Shown: piece after piece, positions 1 to 9,408 of the stretch | Numbering within the stretch: position 1 is the first letter of the stretch | How the letters are laid out: each line of letters starts with the position of its first letter | DNA from: Klebsiella phage Sugarland | Sequence record: NC_042093.1 | Strand: one strand, 5' to 3' | DNA: 64,000 bases | Translations under genes and position numbers: made by a program | The notes under the pieces: generated by a model | What the model was told of the DNA's origin: nothing | Database searches by the model: none | Seen by the model: the letters and a program-made list of their open reading frames with translations, nothing else

Positions 1-61
1 CAAATTTATGAATCTATTATATTAGAAATTCACGTGGTTTGCAAATGAATTTTTAATATAA

Positions 62-77
62 GTGGCCCGAAGGCCAC
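62..77 (-). terminator. GC hairpin GTGGCC-CGAA-GGCCAC downstream of minus-strand ORF 83-316; weak or possible terminator
   Basis: Perfect 6-bp GC stem with tetraloop. The flank is A/T-rich but has no clean U-run. Confidence 0.3.
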
Positions 78-82
78 CTTAG

Positions 83-316
83 TTATAGTAATTTAGCTGG
101 AGGAACCAGTAAATTACTGTTATAGTCCCGCTTGGCTGTAGGGTTTTCTTTAGGCGGTTTAGGGGCAAACTGACGCATTAGTGCGTCCATGCCCTTGTAC
201 TTTACCATCCCTAGGATAACATCTATGTGCAATCCTGAGGATTGAACCAGAAACTTCAGCTGAGACTCCTCCCTTTCGGAGAAGGTTATTTTGGGGCGTC
301 TGTTAAATAATCCCAT
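83..316 (-). CDS. hypothetical protein
   Basis: 77-aa ORF directly downstream of thymidylate synthase on the same strand. Confidence 0.4.
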   Translation of the reverse strand: MGLFNRRPKITFSEREESQLKFLVQSSGLHIDVILGMVKYKGMDALMRQFAPKPPKENPTAKRDYNSNLLVPPAKLL

Positions 317-322
317 AAGTCC

Positions 323-1177
323 TCACGCGGTGAACGGATATGCAATAGGGTCATGAGACTTATACCCCACGATTTTAAAGTCGTCCTTAGAAACCCAGGT
401 GAGTACGTCCTCTAGGGTTTTTATCTCCGGGTTGATCTCTAGACGGGGGGCCGGGAAAGGTTTGCGGTCGAATTGACCATGTTCCATGAGAACCTTGTAC
501 TGATTCTCGTAGATGTGCATATTTACTATACGTTGGTTTGCTCTGATTGCCCGGTTCCCTGTGATCTGGGCCATAAGCGCAAGAAACGTGTAGCATTGGA
601 CCATGTTAAAGGCTTGTCCCAATAGGAAGTCATTGGATCTCTGGAAGGAGTCGAGATACAGATTTCCATTGAGTAGCGAGAACTGGTGGGTATGCATGCA
701 CGGTCGTAAGCATCCTTGATCAAATTCGCCAGGGTTCCAGAAGGTGAGAATCTCTCCGCGGTCATCAATGCCTCGTCGTAAATTCTCATAGATCTTATAG
801 AGTTGGTCAAAGTGGGAGCCATCCGGTCGAAGCCACGTTCTGCCCTGTACTCCATAGACTCTACCCATATCGTCGGTTCCCTTTCTGTTAGGGTTGACCA
901 GCCACGCCTCGTTTTCGTTGGCGTTAGCGTTCCACGTATTGCAGCCGATAGCACGGAATTGCTCTGCGGAATCATATCCTCGCAGATATCCGATAAGCTC
1001 CATGATGGCCTGAAGGGCATACGCTTTACGAGTTGTAATAAGTGGGAATTTCTTTCCGAGTACATCATATTCAAAGTTTGACCCTATTACGGTTAAACAA
1101 CGAACCCCCGTTCGAGGGTTCTCCAGCCAGACACCTTCTTCGAGAATGCGTTTGCCTTCATTAATATAGTGAATCAC
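323..1177 (-). CDS. thyA: thymidylate synthase (ThyA family)
   Basis: 284 aa. WNP...RPCMHTHQF active-site Cys region and overall ThyA-like layout. Sits in the thy-frd-nrd cluster as in T4/T5. Confidence 0.85.
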   Translation of the reverse strand: MIHYINEGKRILEEGVWLENPRTGVRCLTVIGSNFEYDVLGKKFPLITTRKAYALQAIMELIGYLRGYDSAEQFRAIGCNTWNANANENEAWLVNPNRKGTDDMGRVYGVQGRTWLRPDGSHFDQLYKIYENLRRGIDDRGEILTFWNPGEFDQGCLRPCMHTHQFSLLNGNLYLDSFQRSNDFLLGQAFNMVQCYTFLALMAQITGNRAIRANQRIVNMHIYENQYKVLMEHGQFDRKPFPAPRLEINPEIKTLEDVLTWVSKDDFKIVGYKSHDPIAYPFTA

Positions 1178-1737
1178 AGATAGACTCCCTCCATAACAAA
1201 ACGATAGCGCTCATTTTCCCCAGAAGCTACATGAGTTACTACAGCATCCGGAGGAGTGGACGTAAGTATCGGGTGCTCCAGATACATAATGTGGTCTAGG
1301 CTTGGTACTGTACCAGCCTTAGGATAAATAGTGGAGCGATAGATCGCATCCAGACAGCCCATAGTTGCTAGAGTTTCTAGCAGAGCTTTCCCTCCTATGC
1401 AGACTACCTCAACTTCATTACAGAAGTCCCGAATTTTGGGACCCAAGTGGGTGATAAACCGCACATTACGAGGCGGGTTTTTTATCAGAATTGGGGATAC
1501 CGAACCTACTACGTACACCATGGATTTCTTCTCCAGTGCCTTTTTCAGTCGGGGAGGGGCCGTTGTGTAGGTATTATGGCCCAGGATAACAACCTGGTAG
1601 GTATCCAGGATTTTGTAGAACTGTTCTAGCTCCTCGGGAATGGAGCCCCAGGGAAGTTCCCCGTAGGCATCCAGTGTGGCCGGATTAAAAATCCCGAAGG
1701 CTCCATCAACTCGCATTGCGTATAAAGCTGTAATCAT
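1174..1737 (-). CDS. frd: dihydrofolate reductase-like protein
   Basis: 187 aa. CIGGKALLE glycine motif and DHFR-like length. Translationally coupled between thyA and nrdB. Confidence 0.55.
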   Translation of the reverse strand: MITALYAMRVDGAFGIFNPATLDAYGELPWGSIPEELEQFYKILDTYQVVILGHNTYTTAPPRLKKALEKKSMVYVVGSVSPILIKNPPRNVRFITHLGPKIRDFCNEVEVVCIGGKALLETLATMGCLDAIYRSTIYPKAGTVPSLDHIMYLEHPILTSTPPDAVVTHVASGENERYRFVMEGVYL

Positions 1738-2894
1738 TACAGAAACTCTCCAAATTCGTCAGACAGATCGTCCGGGTTAGCCTGAGATGTTGCACCAACA
1801 CGATAGTTGGTAATCTGTGCTTCTTGTGGTGCTACCTGCTGGTTCTTGGTGTTCAGCCAACCTTTCATCCAGCCAATCGGGTCTTCCATAATTACCGGGA
1901 GATCTTCCGGCCACGGAATGTTGATTGCCATAAACGCCAGGCGTGCGTTGTAATACAGGTACTCTACCAGCAAATCGGCGTTCAGACCCGGAATATCTTC
2001 GCCTTCCGGGAAAATATAATGCGCCCAGTTAATTTCTGTCTCCAAAATGCTGCGCAGGATCTTGGGAGCGTTAGCCTGAGCTGCTGCTACAACATGGGGA
2101 GGAAATTCTCCGCTCTGGATAATACGCAGAACTTCCATCGCCATAACGGTGTGGAGCGCTTCGTCTTTCGCGATAAGCTGTAAGTTCTTAGCGATACCCG
2201 TCAGAATATCGTTCTCCGCCAGAGCAAAGGTACATGCAAATGATGCGTAGAACATAATGGCTTCTAGGGCGTATACAGCGTAGTAGAACTCCAGGATTTT
2301 CTGCTGTAATTGTTCGGTCAGCTCTTGGAATTCATGCGGCGACAGGCACATGACGTCATCTTCCTGGGCCAGCTCAATTGCCTCTCGTTCTTTAAGCCAA
2401 ATCTCTGCTAGTTCGGCCAGCTCATCGATAACAGAAACCGGCAGTGCTAGACGTGCAAATGCTTCGTCGTTAGCCTGTACAGTCGCAATGAAGTCGCCCG
2501 GATTAGGGAGAACGTTGCGAATAATGTTGGAATACGCACGACTGTGAATATTCTCAAAGTAGCTCCACTGAATAAGCATACCTTCCAGCTCAGGACGAGA
2601 TACCAGTTTCAAAATAGCATCTTCTGGAGCACGGGTGATAATGGAGTCGGCTTGAGTTTGCCAGGCTAAGTTCAGCAGGGTCTTGTTTTTAATATGCTGA
2701 GGCAGATTAGGCCATTGTTTTTTGTCGTTTTCCAGGGAGATTTCTGTTTCTACCCAGAACTGAGAACGCTGTAGCAGCGCTAAGTCTTCTAAGCGCTGGT
2801 ATTTTACGTTGACATAGTCGGCAATCCCAAGCTCTTGACCCAGGAATAGTTTAGATTCCTTGTGATCCCATTCGCGATTAAATACTGTAGACAT
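1737..2894 (-). CDS. nrdB: ribonucleotide reductase class Ia small (beta) subunit
   Basis: 385 aa with di-iron ferritin-like EXXH motifs. Adjacent to nrdA. Confidence 0.85.
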   Translation of the reverse strand: MSTVFNREWDHKESKLFLGQELGIADYVNVKYQRLEDLALLQRSQFWVETEISLENDKKQWPNLPQHIKNKTLLNLAWQTQADSIITRAPEDAILKLVSRPELEGMLIQWSYFENIHSRAYSNIIRNVLPNPGDFIATVQANDEAFARLALPVSVIDELAELAEIWLKEREAIELAQEDDVMCLSPHEFQELTEQLQQKILEFYYAVYALEAIMFYASFACTFALAENDILTGIAKNLQLIAKDEALHTVMAMEVLRIIQSGEFPPHVVAAAQANAPKILRSILETEINWAHYIFPEGEDIPGLNADLLVEYLYYNARLAFMAINIPWPEDLPVIMEDPIGWMKGWLNTKNQQVAPQEAQITNYRVGATSQANPDDLSDEFGEFL

Positions 2895-3421
2895 TAGATT
2901 TCTCCGTTATTTGCAAATTCTCCATGAAGTTCGGCTAACTTGGAGTCTCTCCACTTTATAGCCTCTTCAAGAGTTTTCAGTGTTTTTGTGTATGATTTGC
3001 CCTGCTTCCCGATTCGTACTTGGAATGAATTGCCTTTAGGTCTTATATTTTTCATACCAAATTCGTTGTCACTACGCACCCTAGAGTTCATAGAATTTTG
3101 GGAGCTGGTGGCTTTTCTCAAGTTATCCCACTTACAGTTACGTGGGTCATTATCTTTGTGGTCTATCTTGCCTTCTGGTAACTCTCCAGTCATGTACAGA
3201 AAAGCTAGGCGATGAGCTAAATACTGAATCCCGTCCACTTTAATGCGTAAGTACCCTAGATGGTCGTAAGTTCCGGCCTCAGCACCCCAATACATCTTTG
3301 GCAGCATCTTTCTAGGTTTCCACGTGAAAACTCCAGTAGAGGGATCGTAGGAGATTAGCTCTTTAAGTTCTTCTCTCGATTTCATGTGAATATTATAACA
3401 AAAAATCCAACCTACTTGCAA
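2894..3421 (-). CDS. free-standing HNH (HNH_3) homing endonuclease with AP2 DNA-binding domain
   Basis: 175 aa. AHRLAFLYM...DHKDNDPRNCKWDNLRKATSSQN HNH core plus an AP2-like tail. Inserted exactly between nrdB and nrdA. Paralog of 16868-17392. Confidence 0.7.
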   Translation of the reverse strand: MQVGWIFCYNIHMKSREELKELISYDPSTGVFTWKPRKMLPKMYWGAEAGTYDHLGYLRIKVDGIQYLAHRLAFLYMTGELPEGKIDHKDNDPRNCKWDNLRKATSSQNSMNSRVRSDNEFGMKNIRPKGNSFQVRIGKQGKSYTKTLKTLEEAIKWRDSKLAELHGEFANNGEI

Positions 3422-3454
3422 ATAAAATTTTGCTTTCGGTTGGATCGAGCTTAA

Positions 3455-5839
3455 TTATAGAGTACAACCGCCACTGGAACAACCCTGCTCTGCTGCAGAG
3501 CCTCCGGTATCTACGTCAAAGTTTGCGTAGTAGAGGTTCTTAATCCCATATTTAGTGGAGTTAAGGAGATCTTTGATAATCTCAGTACCCGGAATAATAC
3601 CTCCAGGATATTTGTTAAAGTCGTAGTACAGGTTGGCGCTAATAGCCTGATCCGTGAACTTCTGCAGAACCGCTAACCACTTGATGTGCTCAGTACGGTC
3701 AATATCGAACGCATACTTATAGGACTGCATGGTGTCCCAATCGTCTAGACCCGGAGCTACAGTAATTACTTTGTTAACGCCCGAAGTCTTGATAGTTACT
3801 GCACTGCGAGGAGGCTCTACTGCGTTGGTAACACCAATCAGAACAGAGCTAGACTCTCCCGGCATACTTGCAGTCAGGACAGAGTTGCGCATACCATGAG
3901 TTTTGATCTCTTCACGGAGGCTCTCCCAGTCCATTTCTAGACCTACGGAAACCAGGTCATCCACAGTCTTCTTGTAAGTATCGATTAATAGCGTGCCATC
4001 AGAAGTGTGAGTACGGTGGAACCATTCACATGGGCCAACTTCTTTTGCCAGACGTACAGACGCTTTGTGAAGGAAGAACGATGCCTTCTCTGCCTCACGG
4101 TGGATCCAGTTACGGGCTTCTTCGCCTTCGAATGCCAGGCCTTCAGCGGCCATCGCTCCTGCGGCGTTCATCAGTCCAATACCTACGTTACGGCGGCGTA
4201 ATGCCGTGTACTTCATAGCTGGGAACGGATAGTGCTGAATCTCGATAATGGTATCAACGAACTTCAATAGGATGTAGGAGATCTTCTCCCATTCTTCCAG
4301 GGTTTTGATACGACCTAAGGCGAATCCACCTAAGTTGCACAGAGATACTTCCCCATACTCTGAAACATCCATTTTATCCAGTTCTTCGTCTGTACGGTAC
4401 AGATCTACTACATGAGGGATCGGGAACGTTGGCTGTACAATCTCAACACAAAGGTTGGACATACGCACCGGATCTTTGTAGCGGCTGTTGCGGTTCACTT
4501 CACCAGCATCCATAGTGTACAGGCGACCAGTTTCCATACGTACAGTTTTCCAGAACTCAATCAGTTCTGCGGCAGGGATCACCGGGGCTACAGGTAGAAC
4601 TTCACCCTTGAAACCACGTTTGGTAACACCCGCTAGACGTTTTTCGGCTGCGATGTATAGACGTTCAAATTCTGCTACGTCGCCAGAGTCAAACGCTGCG
4701 TATACTTCGGGAGCGTACAGGAAACTCATCAGTGTGATGTTCTCTTTACGCAGGAAGCGTTTCAGGAGAATACTGTTAAACTTCAGGTTGTAGTCCATCT
4801 TATCGATTTTCTTTTCATCAGGGGAACGGTTGCTCTTAGCTTCCATTACCTGAATGATTTCCGGATCGAAGAACGCAGTGTAAACAGTTGCAGAACCACC
4901 ACGAGACTGCTGAGTGTTAGCTTTTACGGAGCGGTCGATGTGTCGATAATATGGCAGTTTTCCAGAGTGTGGGAACGCGCCTTTTCGCACCGGATCAGCA
5001 ATTGATCTACTCTCAAGATGATAGCCGATCCCTGCTCGGGCAGCGACCATTTTGAAGACGACGTGCTCTGCTGCGTCAATGGAGTCCAGGGTGTCAGTAC
5101 CATCAACAAGACAGCAAGAAGCGAAGCCCCTGTCAGCGCTCCGAAGGCCCACGAGCGGCGGAGTTGGGACGTTGATTTTCTGTAGCGACAGCGCGTTATA
5201 AAGGTCGATTGCATCGAGCATACTCCAGTGAGGTTGAGAAAGCATTGCCATTGCCATACCCATGTAGGCAAACTGCGGAGTTTCATAGATCTCTTCCGTA
5301 TAAATATTACGTCTAGAGTATTTATCCATGAACTGCTTCAGACCAGCATTAGTGAACAGTTCGTCACGGCTATGGTCGATAACTTCGTTTAGAGCTTCAA
5401 ACTGGTCGTCAGAGATCCAGCCGCTCATATCTTCCCACGCTCCCAGCTCTACCATGTGGTCGTGGAAGAAACGCAGAGATGGTGGGGTGTAAGAATCAAA
5501 CAGGTTCTTACGGAGCTGGGCTAAACGCAGCTCTAGGGCGAATCGGTCGTAACGATGATCACGCTCGATCATTGATTCGGCAGACTTAATCAGCATTGTT
5601 TGCAGATCGTCTGAGTGTACATCACCTTTCGGCAGGTTCTTAACTGCGGCTACCGCTACCGGAGACCACGGCACATCGCTTCGGATTCCGATGTATTTTG
5701 CCCAGTCATTCAGCTTCTGGGCCATGAACGGTTCTTTTGTACCGTCACGCTTGATAACGTATTCAATACGTTGGGTCATTGGTAACTCCTTTTGGAAGTT
5801 GTCAGGATTTAAAAGATATTCTACTTTGTTTTCGGCCAT
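3455..5839 (-). CDS. nrdA: ribonucleotide reductase class Ia large (alpha) subunit
   Basis: 794 aa. N-terminal ATP-cone-like region, catalytic core, C-terminal CSSGGC redox pair. Confidence 0.9.
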   Translation of the reverse strand: MAENKVEYLLNPDNFQKELPMTQRIEYVIKRDGTKEPFMAQKLNDWAKYIGIRSDVPWSPVAVAAVKNLPKGDVHSDDLQTMLIKSAESMIERDHRYDRFALELRLAQLRKNLFDSYTPPSLRFFHDHMVELGAWEDMSGWISDDQFEALNEVIDHSRDELFTNAGLKQFMDKYSRRNIYTEEIYETPQFAYMGMAMAMLSQPHWSMLDAIDLYNALSLQKINVPTPPLVGLRSADRGFASCCLVDGTDTLDSIDAAEHVVFKMVAARAGIGYHLESRSIADPVRKGAFPHSGKLPYYRHIDRSVKANTQQSRGGSATVYTAFFDPEIIQVMEAKSNRSPDEKKIDKMDYNLKFNSILLKRFLRKENITLMSFLYAPEVYAAFDSGDVAEFERLYIAAEKRLAGVTKRGFKGEVLPVAPVIPAAELIEFWKTVRMETGRLYTMDAGEVNRNSRYKDPVRMSNLCVEIVQPTFPIPHVVDLYRTDEELDKMDVSEYGEVSLCNLGGFALGRIKTLEEWEKISYILLKFVDTIIEIQHYPFPAMKYTALRRRNVGIGLMNAAGAMAAEGLAFEGEEARNWIHREAEKASFFLHKASVRLAKEVGPCEWFHRTHTSDGTLLIDTYKKTVDDLVSVGLEMDWESLREEIKTHGMRNSVLTASMPGESSSVLIGVTNAVEPPRSAVTIKTSGVNKVITVAPGLDDWDTMQSYKYAFDIDRTEHIKWLAVLQKFTDQAISANLYYDFNKYPGGIIPGTEIIKDLLNSTKYGIKNLYYANFDVDTGGSAAEQGCSSGGCTL

Positions 5840-5859
5840 TTTGCAAATGAGATTTTACA

Positions 5860-5895
5860 GACAAAAACAGGCAACCCCTTTCGAGGCTGCCTGTG
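5860..5895 (-). terminator. rho-independent terminator (minus strand) downstream of ORF 5908-6117
   Basis: Stem CAGGCA...TGCCTG with U-run on the minus strand (A-run 5863-5867 on plus). Confidence 0.4.
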
Positions 5896-5907
5896 TGTCG
5901 GTCTACT

Positions 5908-6117
5908 TTAATAAAAGTGTAATTTTTTCATTCGACTAACTAACTCTTTAGTACCGAGGGGTTGGTTAGGAAACTCGTTTGCTATCTTGAAAGCGGCATG
6001 GTGTCGCCGCTCATCCTCAGGATAGTTAGCATTGTATTTATTGACTGTTGCCAGGGATACTGGATGCACTTTCGTTTTACGAGTGCGGAAGTTGTTCAGT
6101 GTAAATACGTTGTTCAT
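5908..6117 (-). CDS. hypothetical protein
   Basis: 69 aa. AGGAG RBS 8 nt upstream of ATG. Confidence 0.45.
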   Translation of the reverse strand: MNNVFTLNNFRTRKTKVHPVSLATVNKYNANYPEDERRHHAAFKIANEFPNQPLGTKELVSRMKKLHFY

Positions 6118-6131
6118 ACGCGCTCCTAGAG

Positions 6132-6245
6132 TTAGAGGTCAGGACGTTCGTCGTGAGAAGTGATACCTTCACCGAAGCCTACGAAGCCACAGTTTTCTTC
6201 AGAGGTAATACCCTCACCATAACCAATGATCAGTTCAGTAACCAT
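6132..6245 (-). CDS. small repeat peptide MVTELIIGYGEGITSEENCGFVGFGEGITSHDERPDL (37 aa), not in ORF track
   Basis: ATG overlaps the phoH stop (TAATATG). Internal duplication G(Y/F)GEGITS x2. Codon usage matches neighbours. Confidence 0.3.
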   Translation of the reverse strand: MVTELIIGYGEGITSEENCGFVGFGEGITSHDERPDL

Positions 6246-6246
6246 A

Positions 6247-6996
6247 TTAGATTCCCATATCGTTAAAGATTGCCTGGAATGCTTTGGATTCAGCGGAACG
6301 CACGTTATCATGCAACTCTACTAAGGAGAATGGCACATGTTCGTACTGATCGTAGATATCCATGATCAGTTGCAGACCAGAGTCGGATTTAATGTCTTTC
6401 TGCGCTACGTCGCCACAGATTACTAATTTGCAATCCTGACCTACGCGGGTTAGAATACACTTCATTGCTTCTACGGAGATATTTTGAGCTTCGTCAACAA
6501 TTACATAAGAATTGTTGAAGGTACGACCGCGTGCATGTTCGATAGCAAGGTATTGGATTGCCTTGCGTTCAACCAGCCCCTGATAAGAACGTTCCCCCAA
6601 GGCCCATTTAAAGCCATCGGCGATGGGTTCTAACCACGGTGCCATTTTCTCGTTCAGATCCCCTGGCAGCATCCCTAGAGATTTGCCAAGCGGTTCGTTA
6701 GGTCGAACAAGAATGAACTTCTCGTACACAGAACCCGGCTTTGCCAACTCTTGAGCAGCGAGGACAGATGGGATAAACGTTTTACCCGTACCTGCTTCCC
6801 CAATACCAACTGTCACCGTAAAGTTACGGATGGTGCTGATATAGTGCTTTTGCTCAGCGTTCTTCGGCTTGAGTTCTTTTGCGGTTGGTTGAAAACGCTC
6901 CCGTGCTTCAAAATCAACGGGGATGACGTTTTCGTGACGTTCACGTTTTGCGCTACCGTTACGGCGCGACTCCTTACGACGTGCTGCTTTTCTCAT
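6247..6996 (-). CDS. phoH: PhoH-like ATPase
   Basis: 249 aa. Walker A GEAGTGKT and PhoH-family layout. Confidence 0.85.
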   Translation of the reverse strand: MRKAARRKESRRNGSAKRERHENVIPVDFEARERFQPTAKELKPKNAEQKHYISTIRNFTVTVGIGEAGTGKTFIPSVLAAQELAKPGSVYEKFILVRPNEPLGKSLGMLPGDLNEKMAPWLEPIADGFKWALGERSYQGLVERKAIQYLAIEHARGRTFNNSYVIVDEAQNISVEAMKCILTRVGQDCKLVICGDVAQKDIKSDSGLQLIMDIYDQYEHVPFSLVELHDNVRSAESKAFQAIFNDMGI

Positions 6997-7254
6997 TGCG
7001 ATCTCCTTAGAGGTCTACAGAGGGTCAAATTTCGACCATGTTTATCAATTTAGAATACCAGTATACCAAGTTTTGGCGTGGATTGCAACTGAAATTTTCT
7101 AGGATGATATGGAGGACGGATCCTTTCCTTTATTCGCGCGATGCGCGGGCGCACACGAATAATATAAAATGAGGGAGATAAGCAAATAAAATTTTCCAGT
7201 TTTTATTGTTTTGATGATCCAGATCAAGTTACTGTTGATTATAATAAAATAAGG

Positions 7255-7283
7255 TTGACATGGCTGTGTCTATTTGATATAAT
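7255..7283 (+). promoter_or_regulatory. strong sigma70-type early promoter for nrdD operon
   Basis: TTGACA (7255-7260), 17-nt spacer, TGaTATAAT extended -10 (7275-7283). AT-rich upstream region. Confidence 0.65.
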
Positions 7284-7305
7284 ATATGCCTAACTGGAGG
7301 AATAT

Positions 7306-9135
7306 ATGAACGAATTAGACCTGATTGATAATATCTATAGTATCCTTGATAATGAGGGTGAAGAAGACCTTATGTTTAATAATGCTAATAAGGCAAGCGA
7401 GCAGTTTCCTACACAGAGGGACATGATAGCTGGAGAGGTTTCTAAATATGTGGTAGCACAGGAGCTTCCAGCATACCTATTGACGGCGCATAATAGAGGA
7501 GAGATACACATTCACGATATGGACTACCGCGCACAAGGGTATACTAACTGCTGCCTAGTGGATCTAGCGGGGATGTTTAAGAATGGAACTAAAATTGGTG
7601 GAGCAGAGATTGAAACTCCAAAATCTATCTCTACTGCAGCTGCGGTAACTGCCCAAGTTATTGCCCAGGTAAGCTCGTGTCAGTATGGGGGTACGTCTAT
7701 CGATCGTATTGACGAGGTCTTTGCCCCGTATGTCCGTAAGTCCTACGATAAGCACTTAGCTATTGGCCAGCGTTGGCTGCACGATAGTAAGAAGGCAGCA
7801 GTGTATGCTACTGAGATGACAGAAAAAGAAGTATATGATGCGTGCCAGGGACTAGAGTACGAAGTTAATACACTATTCAACTCTAATGGTCAGCAGCCAT
7901 TTGTGACATTTGGGTTTGGTCTAGGAGAATCCTGGGAGGCACGCATGTTGCAGAAAGCTATGCTGGAAGTTCGTATAAGAGGCCTGGGTGCTTCAGGGCA
8001 TACTGCTGTATTTCCTAAACTTATTTTCGCAGTTAAGGAAGGACTCAATAAGTCCCCAAGTGATCCTAACTACGATATCAAACAGCTGGCGCTCATCTGC
8101 ACTTCTAAGAGAATGTACCCGGATTACGTGAGCTATGAAAGAGTATCGGCTGTTACGGGCGATTTTAAGTTCCCTATGGGTTGTCGGTCTTTCCTTTCGG
8201 CTATTGAATCAGGGGAAACTGCTGGGCGCAATAACCTAGGAGTTGTATCCATTAACCTGCCGCTAGTTGCTGTAGAGTCTGAGGGATGCTTCGATAGGTT
8301 CTGGAAGTTGTTGGATGAATACATTGATAAAGCGATGGCTGCCCACGATTGGGCTATTGAGCGGTTGAAGCGTGTTCGTGCTAAACAGGCACCAATTCTC
8401 TATATGCACGGAGCTTTTGGGGTACGGTTGAAAGCCAATGATCTTGTATGGCCCATCTTTGAAGGCAGGGCATCAGTGTCTTTGGGATATATCGGTATTA
8501 ACGAGGTGATTGAGGTAATGTTTGAAGATACCGACCCTATGTCTCCACCTGCGGTTGAATTTGCAGTACGGGTTCTTAATCACATGAAAGACCGTTGCAA
8601 CAAAAAAGCTGAGGAAACTAATCTAGGATTCAGTCTTTATGCTACTCCTAGCGAATCCTTATGCAATAGATTCAACACTAAAATTGCCGAACAGTATCCG
8701 GAGTATGACTGGCTAACGGATAAAGGCTACCTGACTAATAGTCACCACCTGGATGTCCGTACAAAAGTTGCCCCTAACGTGAAGTTTGACTATGAAGCTA
8801 ATTTTACTACCATCGCCAATGGGGGTAATATATCCTTTGTAGAACTTCCTGAGATGCGTAAGTTTATCTCTGCACTAGAGTGGGTTGTTGACTATGGATT
8901 AAGTAAGTCCCACTACATAGGGGTCAACATTCCAGTTGATGAATGTGAGGAGTGCGGGTATTTAGGCGAATCCGTATCCGGAGAGCATGGTTTTGTATGT
9001 CCCCAATGTGGGTCGGGGAATATCTCAGTTACCCGTCGTGTTTGTGGGTACTTAGGTAGTCCTGGTAGTAGACCCTTTAACCCTGGTAAGCAACAGGAAG
9101 TAATGCAAAGGGTCAAACACATGAATTTGAAATAA
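7306..9135 (+). CDS. nrdD: anaerobic ribonucleoside-triphosphate reductase (class III)
   Basis: 609 aa. C-terminal glycyl-radical motif RVCGYLGS and a Zn ribbon CEECGY...CPQCG. Confidence 0.9.
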   Translation: MNELDLIDNIYSILDNEGEEDLMFNNANKASEQFPTQRDMIAGEVSKYVVAQELPAYLLTAHNRGEIHIHDMDYRAQGYTNCCLVDLAGMFKNGTKIGGAEIETPKSISTAAAVTAQVIAQVSSCQYGGTSIDRIDEVFAPYVRKSYDKHLAIGQRWLHDSKKAAVYATEMTEKEVYDACQGLEYEVNTLFNSNGQQPFVTFGFGLGESWEARMLQKAMLEVRIRGLGASGHTAVFPKLIFAVKEGLNKSPSDPNYDIKQLALICTSKRMYPDYVSYERVSAVTGDFKFPMGCRSFLSAIESGETAGRNNLGVVSINLPLVAVESEGCFDRFWKLLDEYIDKAMAAHDWAIERLKRVRAKQAPILYMHGAFGVRLKANDLVWPIFEGRASVSLGYIGINEVIEVMFEDTDPMSPPAVEFAVRVLNHMKDRCNKKAEETNLGFSLYATPSESLCNRFNTKIAEQYPEYDWLTDKGYLTNSHHLDVRTKVAPNVKFDYEANFTTIANGGNISFVELPEMRKFISALEWVVDYGLSKSHYIGVNIPVDECEECGYLGESVSGEHGFVCPQCGSGNISVTRRVCGYLGSPGSRPFNPGKQQEVMQRVKHMNLK

Positions 9136-9195
9136 ATCACTTGCTAAATACCTCCGTTTTTGATAAGATAGTTGTAATTGAGAAACGGAGGATTT

Positions 9196-9408
9196 ATGAA
9201 AATCCATAAAACTGATGAAAAGCGTATCTACTTTATGATGGACTCTGGAGCATACGGATCTATTTCCCGAGAAGACGTGGTAAAACTTCTGCGATGCCGT
9301 AACCACTTGTGGAAAGATAAAGTCGATCCCAGAACCTCTGAGTGCTTGTCCGAAAAGGCTGAGCAGTTGCGGAAAGAAGAAATGAGAAACTATATGGAGT
9401 TCCTGTAA
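9196..9408 (+). CDS. hypothetical protein (first gene of Sir2 operon)
   Basis: ATG with GGAGG RBS. Stop overlaps the Sir2 start (TAATG). Confidence 0.4.
   Translation: MKIHKTDEKRIYFMMDSGAYGSISREDVVKLLRCRNHLWKDKVDPRTSECLSEKAEQLRKEEMRNYMEFL

Noticed and set aside
387-1074. ORFs of 69 and 182 aa inside thymidylate synthase
   Set aside because: Out-of-frame ORFs within a confidently assigned ThyA gene.
4007-5286. Several 60-120-aa ORFs within nrdA on either strand
   Set aside because: They lie inside the nrdA coding region and have no RBS or start context.
7128-7168. GC-rich island TTCGCGCGATGCGCGGGCGCACACGAA in the AT-rich divergent promoter region
   Set aside because: Only a short imperfect inverted repeat. 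No ORF or convincing structure. Possibly a regulator site but unsupported.
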